A stretch of 8,936 nt of DNA from Promethearchaeia archaeon (GCA_046497275.1 JAWOFX010000039.1:1-8936), one strand, 5' to 3'. Positions 1 to 6,381 are shown, counted from the stretch's first letter. Numbers and translations are program-made. The notes: a model not told the origin generated them from the letters alone.

Positions 1-212
1 ATGTTTTTCTCTCGAAATAATTTACTATCTTCAATTTTGTTTTTTGCGCCACATTTTGGACATTGCCATTCTGTATTGCTAATCTTGATAGAATTTATAC
101 ACTCATCACATACAGAAATGTCGCAAATACAATAAAAGAGAGTATCGACTTCATGTTCGAAATCTTTTTTGCAAATGTAACAGTTGGTAGGCGGGGTCTG
201 TCTTTTATTCAT
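1..212 (-). CDS. C4C4 RING-finger protein (CNOT4/Not4-type spacing), possible E3 ligase; 3' end runs off the window
   Basis: Manual translation from ATG at 212-210: MNKRQTPPTNCYICKKDFEHEVDTLFYCICDISVCDECINSIKISNTEWQCPKCGAKNKIEDSKLFREKN..., with no stop before position 1. Eight Cys spaced C-x2-C-x13-C-x-C-x4-C-x2-C-x12-C-x2-C. Absent from the ORF track because it is truncated. Confidence 0.8.
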   Translation of the reverse strand, partial: MNKRQTPPTNCYICKKDFEHEVDTLFYCICDISVCDECINSIKISNTEWQCPKCGAKNKIEDSKLFREKN

Positions 213-290
213 TTTTTCCAGTGTATTTTTATAAATTAATATTATATAATGTATTACTATCTTATATAATATAAAATAATTTTGTTTCAA
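213..290. promoter_or_regulatory. Divergent AT-rich promoter region with two TATA-like TTATATAAT copies
   Basis: TTATATAAT at 242-250 and 262-270 (20-bp period), between divergent starts at 212 (-) and 291 (+). Confidence 0.45.
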
Positions 291-476
291 ATGAAAGAAA
301 TAGGCTTTTATATACGATTGCTTTTACTTTTCAGTATTTTCTTTCTTTACAAATTCATAATGGGATTTGTGTATAATAACCAATTTGAGATCATATTTTG
401 GGGTATATTTCTTGGAGTCTACGTTTCATCCTTACTTGTTTTGTCTTTTGTAGTTAATAAATATCAGAAGAAATAA
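291..476 (+). CDS. Small hypothetical membrane protein, two predicted TM helices (61 aa)
   Basis: The track starts at TTG 282, but ATG 291 is more likely. Two hydrophobic stretches (FYIRLLLLFSIFFLYKFIMGFV; IIFWGIFLGVYVSSLLVLSFVV) and a basic C-terminus (NKYQKK). Confidence 0.55.
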   Translation: MKEIGFYIRLLLLFSIFFLYKFIMGFVYNNQFEIIFWGIFLGVYVSSLLVLSFVVNKYQKK

Positions 477-515
477 ATATAATTTAATTCATCAGAAAAG
501 AAGCAAGGATATTAT

Positions 516-869
516 TCATTTTTTCTTCTTTAAAAAATCAGGTAATATGCCTTCAAGACCTAAACTTTTTAAAATGGTTTCTCTAACATCCATTTGAAGT
601 TTAAATTCAGACATTTTCATTAATGCTTCTTCTAATGCCTTAGAAAAATTTTCACTCATATTATTAATTGTATCTGACGTTAACTTCAACGAATCGCGAA
701 TTGTGATATTTGTCTCATGAAGAACAGAGCTCATTTTATCCATGGATGTTGAGATTTGTTCGCTTATACTAATTACTTTATCAGAAAGGTCAGTAATTTT
801 TTCTGCGACTGTCTTCATCTCTGAATTCATTTCAGAGAGCTCATCCTTTAGGTCCTTTATGCCAAGCAT
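516..869 (-). CDS. Coiled-coil/amphipathic helical hypothetical protein (117 aa)
   Basis: Heptad pattern I4/L7, L11/M14, M18/V21, I25/L28, V32/I35, then 11-residue periodicity (I35, M46, I57, I68, L79). Ends in LGLEGILPDFLKKKK. Confidence 0.8.
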   Translation of the reverse strand: MLGIKDLKDELSEMNSEMKTVAEKITDLSDKVISISEQISTSMDKMSSVLHETNITIRDSLKLTSDTINNMSENFSKALEEALMKMSEFKLQMDVRETILKSLGLEGILPDFLKKKK

Positions 870-932
870 TTTTTTAAAATATCGAAAATTTCTTTTAGTC
901 TTTCTAACAAAATGGTAATTATAATGAAATAG

Positions 933-1583
933 CTAATTTTCTAAATTAAATTTTATGTTCAATTTTTGTAGTTGTTCAATAAGATGTTCTGTATAATAGT
1001 ATTGTATAGCATTTAACCCAACAGATTGCCCGATCTTTACATTCTTTAGTTCATCGTCAATTAAAAGAGCCTCTGATGGATGACAATTTATATGTTTTAA
1101 TAATTCTTTATAGAATTCAATATCATTCTTATTTTTTTGATAATCATAGCTGAAAACCCAATCATTGAAAAATTTTAGAAATCCATATCGTTGGTTTAAG
1201 AAATGCACTCTCTCTTTTATATTTCCGCTGAATATGACGAGTCGGTAATCTTGACTGAGATCCTTCACTAATTCTTCTATTCTGTAATGTGGGAGATAGG
1301 AACCAAACCAAATTTTAATAATATGCTCATGATCTTCTCTTGGAATCTGAAGTTTTTCCCCTACTCGCATTTTAAATTCATCAAGAGATATAAGCCCTTT
1401 TCGAAGTAAATATCCCTCTTTTTGATATCTATCACCAAATATCTCATATAAAAGAAAAAAATTATCGATATTATACAAATCCATTAATTTAATAATTGCC
1501 AGATAAGTTCCTCTCGTAAAATACACTCCTCCCAAATCAAAGACTATTGTTTTAATAAATCTATTTTTCTTATCCATAGTCAT
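933..1583 (-). CDS. HAD-superfamily hydrolase/phosphatase (YihX-like, subfamily IA)
   Basis: Motif I IVFDLGGV, motif II IFSGN, motif III Lys near YQKNK, motif IV LLIDDELKNV. Start could be ATG 1583 or 1577. Confidence 0.88.
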   Translation of the reverse strand: MTMDKKNRFIKTIVFDLGGVYFTRGTYLAIIKLMDLYNIDNFFLLYEIFGDRYQKEGYLLRKGLISLDEFKMRVGEKLQIPREDHEHIIKIWFGSYLPHYRIEELVKDLSQDYRLVIFSGNIKERVHFLNQRYGFLKFFNDWVFSYDYQKNKNDIEFYKELLKHINCHPSEALLIDDELKNVKIGQSVGLNAIQYYYTEHLIEQLQKLNIKFNLEN

Positions 1584-1693
1584 TGTTTTAAATTAAATTA
1601 ACTTTTAAAATCAAATTAATTTCTTCCTTCCTTGATTTTTTAATCTTCAAAAAATAGTAAAAAGTGAAGATATTTAGTAATAATTATTTAAAA

Positions 1694-2098
1694 TTAATGG
1701 TTATGATCATGTTTATATTCATCATCTGCTTCCGTATGAATCTTTTCAACTCCGTACCCTTTTCCACCACCAGGTGCGCAAAGACTTTCACCGCCCTCTA
1801 AGGTATTATTTTTAATTTTCTCAATGACTTCATCTATAGTACCTTGAATCCCTGTAATAACATTTATTCCGTATTGCTCGAAGAATTGTACTGCTCTCCG
1901 TCCCATACCCCCTGCAATCATGCAATTTGCCCCGTGTTCATTGACAAATTGAGGAATACTTCCCACTGTATGACCTGGATTTGATAATGCTTCTTTTTCA
2001 ACAACGTCCCCCTCTTCTATAGTGACAAAAGTAAATAATGGAGCACGACCAAAATGAGCAGAAACTCTATTACCTTCAGTACTTATGGCAAATTTCAA
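1694..2098 (-). CDS. NifB/NifX-family (dinitrogenase FeMo-cofactor biosynthesis domain) metal-cluster-binding protein
   Basis: Family motifs SAHFGRAPLF, IAGGMGRRA and GINVITG. TTG start with an AGGTGA Shine-Dalgarno upstream. His-rich tail HDHNH. Confidence 0.88.
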   Translation of the reverse strand: MKFAISTEGNRVSAHFGRAPLFTFVTIEEGDVVEKEALSNPGHTVGSIPQFVNEHGANCMIAGGMGRRAVQFFEQYGINVITGIQGTIDEVIEKIKNNTLEGGESLCAPGGGKGYGVEKIHTEADDEYKHDHNH

Positions 2099-2104
2099 AT
2101 TATT

Positions 2105-2110
2105 TCACCT
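2105..2110 (-). promoter_or_regulatory. Archaeal-type Shine-Dalgarno AGGTGA for the NifB/NifX-family gene
   Basis: TCACCT on + at 2105-2110 reads AGGTGA on -, 6 nt before the TTG start at 2098. Confidence 0.75.
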
Positions 2111-2129
2111 ATTGATTTTTATTCTATTA

Positions 2130-2187
2130 TTTATAAAAGTATAATGAAATAAATTATTTATTTTTTATAAAAGTATAATGAAATAAA
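2130..2187. repeat. Exact 24-bp direct repeat, two copies, 34-bp period, each starting with the palindromic TATA box TTTATAAA
   Basis: TTTATAAAAGTATAATGAAATAAA at 2130-2153 and 2164-2187. Confidence 0.9.
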
Positions 2188-2252
2188 ATAATTATTCAGA
2201 ACATATATAAATTTAACCCAGAGACACCGATATTAAAGTGATTATGAAATAT

Positions 2253-2268
2253 AATGAGAATATATAAA
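2253..2268 (+). promoter_or_regulatory. Putative BRE + TATA promoter for the small + strand ORFs
   Basis: Purine-rich AATGAGAA (2253-2260) directly followed by TATATAAA (2261-2268), about 50 nt upstream of ATG 2319. Confidence 0.5.
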
Positions 2269-2318
2269 ATCTGCTTTTATTTTTAGTTCATAAATACAAA
2301 CGATTTGGTAATTTAATT

Positions 2319-2459
2319 ATGCAAGAATTCAATCAAGAGAAAAGTTCTAAAAAATCCGATTTTCATTGTACAGGATGAGGTATTATAGACGGAATTCTCT
2401 ATTGTGTAAAAAAAGTTAAGGAATGGCGACAAGATAAACAATCCGAAAATAATAAATAA
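2319..2459 (+). CDS. Candidate small selenoprotein with a CxxU motif (46 aa if TGA 2376-2378 is read as Sec); alternatively a nonsense-disrupted gene
   Basis: ATG 2319 gives MQEFNQEKSSKKSDFHCTG, then TGA, then the frame stays open for 26 more codons (GIIDGILYCVKKVKEWRQDKQSENNK) to TAA 2457-2459. TGGTAA upstream and a TATA box at 2261. Confidence 0.45.
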
Positions 2460-2464
2460 ATTAT

Positions 2465-2526
2465 ATCTCAAAAATTAAATCAAAAATGCTAGGATTTAAT
2501 TTAATGGTTCCGCAAGAGCTTGAGAT
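2465..2526 (+). other. Predicted branched RNA stem-loop directly 3' of the candidate selenoprotein ORF
   Basis: ATCTCAA (2465-2471) pairs with TTGAGAT (2520-2526). AAATTAAATC (2472-2481) pairs with GATTTAATTT (2493-2502). A side hairpin at 2507-2519 has a possible GCAA tetraloop. Confidence 0.45.
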
Positions 2527-2617
2527 TTAGAAATTTTTATAAAATAAAAAAAAGTTTTTTAAATAATTCCGCTTGATTATCTAATAACAATCCAATTAAA
2601 ATTAGAGTGTGAATAAA

Positions 2618-2773
2618 ATGGTTAGCTGTGAAGAATTAAAAGAAAATGATGTGTTTATATGCTCTGAATGTGGTTTAGAATTAACTGTAACTAAGGCATG
2701 TGATTGCGCTGAAGAGGGTTCATGTACTGAAGAAGGTTTCTCTTGCTGTGGAGAACCAATGAAAAAGAAGTAA
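2618..2773 (+). CDS. Cys-rich desulforedoxin-like small metal-binding protein (51 aa)
   Basis: Manual translation: MVSCEELKENDVFICSECGLELTVTKACDCAEEGSCTEEGFSCCGEPMKKK*. It has the desulforedoxin signature CxxCG...CCGxPM plus four extra Cys (C4, C28, C30, C36). GAGTGTGA SD-like sequence upstream. Not in the ORF track. Confidence 0.85.
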   Translation: MVSCEELKENDVFICSECGLELTVTKACDCAEEGSCTEEGFSCCGEPMKKK

Positions 2774-2820
2774 TTCAAATAATTAATATAAAAATTTTAG
2801 AGCAAACTAATTTTACTTAA

Positions 2821-2835
2821 TTTTTTCTTTTTTCT
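2821..2835 (+). terminator. Oligo-T tract, likely archaeal intrinsic terminator for the small + strand genes
   Basis: TTTTTTCTTTTTTCT about 50 nt after the stop at 2773, in the gap between convergent genes. Confidence 0.45.
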
Positions 2836-2880
2836 ATATTTTAATTAAAAAACTATTTCGGAGTATTTATTTAAGGGATA

Positions 2881-4257
2881 TTATTTATTTGGACCATCCC
2901 CCACTTTGCGATAAATAAATCCCATATTCTCCATGATTTCTTTATTAAATATATTTCTACCGTCAATAATAATCGGTGTTCTCATTTTCTCCTTAATATC
3001 CTTCAGATCTAAATTATAATATTGTTTGTGATTAGTTGCGAACAGAAGGACATCTGAATTTGATATTGCTTTGCCAATATTATCAGTTAATTGTGTCATA
3101 TCATAATCTCGTTCTTTTACATAAGGATCATGGGCAATATAGATAATATTATGTGAATGGTATCTTTTCATTAAAGATTCAATTATATTTTTAGCCGGTG
3201 TGTTTCGAGTATCATCAGTATCGGCTTTATAGGACACTCCCATTAAGGTGATTTTTATATTGTCAACAAATTTACGTGCTTGACGTAATGCATCTTCCAT
3301 TAATTCTACCATATGATTAGGCATGAAATCGTTGAGTTCTCGACTATAAGGAACAATTTTAATGTGGGATTTATAATTCCTTTCAGAATAAGCATCATGT
3401 CCATAAAGGAGAAGGAAAGGATCTTTAGTCAAGCAGTGACCTCCCACACCTGATCCAGGCATATGCATCATTCGGTCATGCCGATGATTAATTAATTCTA
3501 TAATTTCAAAGATATTTCTATTGAAATCTTCACATAGTAATGCCATCTCATTGGCAAAAGCTATGTTTACATCTCTGTAAGAGTTTTCTATACATTTTGT
3601 TAATTCTGCGGTAAGAGTGTCTGTAACTTGAAGCTCTTTTTTCACAACTTTTCCATACAAATACTTAGCGCGTTTATTAGCTTCATCACAGCCTCCGCCG
3701 ATAACTCTTGGAAAATCAGTTATGTATTCAATTAATTTCCCAGGCATTACGCGTTCAAATGAAAATACTAGATAAAACCCCTCTCCCCGTTTCATTCCGC
3801 TTGCTTCTTCCAGAATAGGTTTCACAATATTGTTCGTAGTTCCAGGAGCAACTGTTGATTCGATGATCACCGTTGCACCTTTTTTTAGATGGTTACCCGC
3901 TTTTTCGGATACTTCTTTTAGCGATTCATACATTGGAATCTTTGTGTAAAGATCTATGGGTGTCTGGACATCGATAAGCACATAGTCAGCATCATCAACA
4001 CAGTCATACTTCGAAGTAACATGAAATTTTCCATTTTTTACAACGCGTTCAATTAATTCATCCAATCCGGGTTCATCACCTTCAAACGGGTTTCTCCCCG
4101 CATTTAACCAATCAATTTTCCACCCACTTCTTTGGGATCTTCTCTGGATTCCCGTTACATAAAGATTTGGTACATCCGCTAATAATGCTGCCATAGGAAT
4201 TCCCACGTAACCCATACCAATTACTATTATAGATTTTGAATCTTCTTCTTTAGACAT
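2881..4257 (-). CDS. Nucleotide-sugar (UDP-HexNAc/UDP-ManNAc) dehydrogenase, WecC/WbpA-like
   Basis: Rossmann motif VIGMGYVG, VIIESTVAPGTT, ELTKCIENSYRDVNIAFANE, catalytic-Cys motif PGSGVGGHCLTKDP, and SYKADTDDTRNTP. Confidence 0.93.
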   Translation of the reverse strand: MSKEEDSKSIIVIGMGYVGIPMAALLADVPNLYVTGIQRRSQRSGWKIDWLNAGRNPFEGDEPGLDELIERVVKNGKFHVTSKYDCVDDADYVLIDVQTPIDLYTKIPMYESLKEVSEKAGNHLKKGATVIIESTVAPGTTNNIVKPILEEASGMKRGEGFYLVFSFERVMPGKLIEYITDFPRVIGGGCDEANKRAKYLYGKVVKKELQVTDTLTAELTKCIENSYRDVNIAFANEMALLCEDFNRNIFEIIELINHRHDRMMHMPGSGVGGHCLTKDPFLLLYGHDAYSERNYKSHIKIVPYSRELNDFMPNHMVELMEDALRQARKFVDNIKITLMGVSYKADTDDTRNTPAKNIIESLMKRYHSHNIIYIAHDPYVKERDYDMTQLTDNIGKAISNSDVLLFATNHKQYYNLDLKDIKEKMRTPIIIDGRNIFNKEIMENMGFIYRKVGDGPNK

Positions 4258-4404
4258 TTTGTCTTAATTCTCTTAATAAGATTATTGAATATGGATTTTA
4301 ATTAATCTTAATTCAAAAACTTTTATTTTGCTTTATAATAAACTATTAAGTTTTCTTTAGATCACTATAATTAATCGATAATTACATAAGAAAATTAGAA
4401 TTCT

Positions 4405-5079
4405 TTAGAAATTTTTATATTTCCCTAAATCCTCTAATTTAAAAACCCCAAACCGTTCCCGTTTTTTCTTTTTCATTCTCTCAAAACTCGCTTTCACCGT
4501 TGATATAACCTTTTGAGAACCATACAGCTGTAATGCTTGATATACTTTATAAGAATAATCTTTAATATTAATTTTAACTTGCTTTTCCTTAGGAACATCA
4601 ATGCTCACATATAAAGCGTAGATATAAAATTCAATATCCTTTAAATTGAGTTCTTTTGCGGCAGTTGACGCAATATCAAATGTTGCCTGGTGATCTTTAT
4701 GTGCATTGTTATTACTAGGAGCAACTATTCGGTCAGCATCACTTATAATTGGTTTACACATTTCAATACCTGTTTCTTGAAAATCCATGACTTCTTGATC
4801 TGGTATTTTAAATTTATGGACGTTTTCTTTAGGAATCTCTAAAAATTCAATCACTTTATCGATTTCTTTCATACGAATACCTGCTAAATCATCTTCCGAG
4901 ATCTGAGTTTTCTCAATCTCAATTAAGCGTCCCATTCGTCTTTCAAAAGTATAGGCTGCCCTTCCATCAGAAATATAAATAATTTCAACATGATTTCCCT
5001 CATCCATCCATTTGAGAATACTCCCTCCAGCTCCTAATAATTCATCATCTGGATGAGGTGCGAAGATTACAATTTTCAT
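4405..5079 (-). CDS. PIG-L/LmbE-family zinc-dependent N-acetyl-sugar deacetylase
   Basis: Metal-binding motif FAPHPDDELLGAGG, then YISDG, RMKE and the HKDH motif. Confidence 0.9.
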   Translation of the reverse strand: MKIVIFAPHPDDELLGAGGSILKWMDEGNHVEIIYISDGRAAYTFERRMGRLIEIEKTQISEDDLAGIRMKEIDKVIEFLEIPKENVHKFKIPDQEVMDFQETGIEMCKPIISDADRIVAPSNNNAHKDHQATFDIASTAAKELNLKDIEFYIYALYVSIDVPKEKQVKINIKDYSYKVYQALQLYGSQKVISTVKASFERMKKKKRERFGVFKLEDLGKYKNF

Positions 5080-5163
5080 ATTTTTTATAAGTATCTCAAA
5101 TCTTTTCTTCTTAATTATTTTAATAGAATAAACTTTAAAACTTATAGGTTGAACAATATTAAT

Positions 5164-6381
5164 ATGAAGTTGGGAAAATCGAGTTTAAATGATATAGCCA
5201 AACTACGACCAGACGGAGTGAAAAGAAGAAGACTATCCAGCTATGATTTATATGGGGGGAATCATGATTGGATTGATATTGAGCCTGGAAAAACCGTTAT
5301 ACTTGGAGAATATGAAGGGAGTGGATGCATAACTCATATTTGGTGTACATGTATGAGTTTTTTTAAAAATTATCTTCGCCATGTAATTATAAGAATGTAT
5401 TGGGATGGGGAGACGGAAGATACTCCAAGTGTAGAAGTTCCACTCGGGGATTTTTTTGGAATGGGACACGCCGAAAGGGAAAATTTTGTTTCTCTCCCAC
5501 TTCAAATGAGTCCACAAAATGGAAAAGGTTTTAATTGCTGGTTTCCTATGCCCTTCTCTCAAAGTTTCAAAATTACATTGGAGAATGATACTTCTAAAAA
5601 TTTTAGGCTTTATTATTATATTGATTATGAGATCTATGAGGAATCTTTTGATAATGCGGAAGAATATGGGAGATTTCATGCTCAATGGCGTCGGGAAAAT
5701 CCCACAGACCCTAAGAAAATAGATTTGGAGACCGGTAAGAAATTCTCTAAATTAAGACCATTTAATTTCAATGTTCGTGGAGGGAGAAATAGAAATCCCT
5801 TAGAAAGAAATTATACTATTCTTGAAGCAAAAGGTAAAGGGCATTATGTAGGATGCCATTTGGATATTGATAATCAAACATTTATGCCCTGGTTTTTAAA
5901 TTGGCCTGGAGAGGGCGATGATATGATATTTATTGATGATGATATTGATCATGGCATAATAACTTTACCAGGAACAGGGACAGAGGATTATGTAAATCAA
6001 GCGTTTTGTCCTCGCCAAAAACAAAGCACGCCGTATCACGGTACAATAAAACCAGGAGGGTTTAATTTCTTTGGAAAAATAACTTATTATAGGTATCATA
6101 TTGAGGATCCAATTTATTTTAATAAAAAAATAATAGTTTGTATCGAGCATGGTCATGATAATCACAGAGCTGATGATTGGTCCTCTACAGCATATTGGTA
6201 TCAAAAAGAACCCCATGACCATTTATTATATCCGGCATTATTAGATAGAAATGGTAGAGAGCCTAATTCTCACTTATCACATATACTGAGAAAAACTTTG
6301 TGCATTTTAATATTATTAGGTTTACTTTCATGGATTTTAATTTGGCCTTTAATTAAATATCTTATGGAGATATTTTCTTAA
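5164..6381 (+). CDS. DUF2961 / glycoside hydrolase family 172 protein with a C-terminal transmembrane anchor (405 aa)
   Basis: Motifs GSGCITHIW, MYWDGE, PLGDFFG, FPMPF, WPGEGDD, GTGTEDY and EHGH. The start is moved from track position 5053 (which overlaps the PIG-L gene) to in-frame ATG 5164, with AGGTTGA upstream. Hydrophobic tail LCILILLGLLSWILIWPLI. Confidence 0.88.
   Translation: MKLGKSSLNDIAKLRPDGVKRRRLSSYDLYGGNHDWIDIEPGKTVILGEYEGSGCITHIWCTCMSFFKNYLRHVIIRMYWDGETEDTPSVEVPLGDFFGMGHAERENFVSLPLQMSPQNGKGFNCWFPMPFSQSFKITLENDTSKNFRLYYYIDYEIYEESFDNAEEYGRFHAQWRRENPTDPKKIDLETGKKFSKLRPFNFNVRGGRNRNPLERNYTILEAKGKGHYVGCHLDIDNQTFMPWFLNWPGEGDDMIFIDDDIDHGIITLPGTGTEDYVNQAFCPRQKQSTPYHGTIKPGGFNFFGKITYYRYHIEDPIYFNKKIIVCIEHGHDNHRADDWSSTAYWYQKEPHDHLLYPALLDRNGREPNSHLSHILRKTLCILILLGLLSWILIWPLIKYLMEIFS

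Noticed and set aside
516-869. SNARE-like assignment for the coiled-coil protein
   Set aside because: No Gln/Arg zero layer at a core heptad position and no C-terminal transmembrane helix.
1643-1671. Inverted repeat ATCTTCA/TGAAGAT downstream of the NifB/NifX-family gene
   Set aside because: Only 7 bp with a 15-nt loop in very AT-rich DNA. It may aid termination but cannot be told apart from chance.
1694-2098. Nitrogen fixation inferred from the NifB/NifX domain
   Set aside because: No nifH/D/K/E/N genes are in the window, and stand-alone members of this family are widespread in non-diazotrophic anaerobes.
2130-2187. 24-bp repeat as a CRISPR array
   Set aside because: Only two copies with a 10-bp gap, TATA-like content, and no cas genes.
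2376-2378. Genome-wide TGA reassignment (genetic code 4 or 25)
   Set aside because: TGA ends the coiled-coil gene (516-518, -) and the methyltransferase gene (7960-7962, +), and no long gene in the window needs TGA read-through.
2364-2405. HCTG-TGA-GI as a decayed ferredoxin (CxxCxxC) or the HCTG tail of a metallo-beta-lactamase-fold gene
   Set aside because: The third ferredoxin Cys and the CP motif are missing, and no upstream MBL-fold coding sequence exists in frame (TAA at 2265-2267). A pseudogene origin is not fully excluded.
5053-5163. N-terminal extension of the DUF2961 ORF given in the track
   Set aside because: It overlaps the start of the opposite-strand PIG-L gene and covers the AT-rich divergent promoter. 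In-frame ATG 5164 has an SD-like AGGTTGA upstream.
5248-5685. 145-aa minus-strand ORF
   Set aside because: Antisense shadow entirely inside the well-supported GH172 gene, with no recognisable motifs.
5519-5722. 67-aa plus-strand ORF
   Set aside because: Alternative frame nested within the GH172 gene, with no motifs.
5965-6222. 85-aa minus-strand ORF
   Set aside because: Antisense shadow of the GH172 catalytic region.
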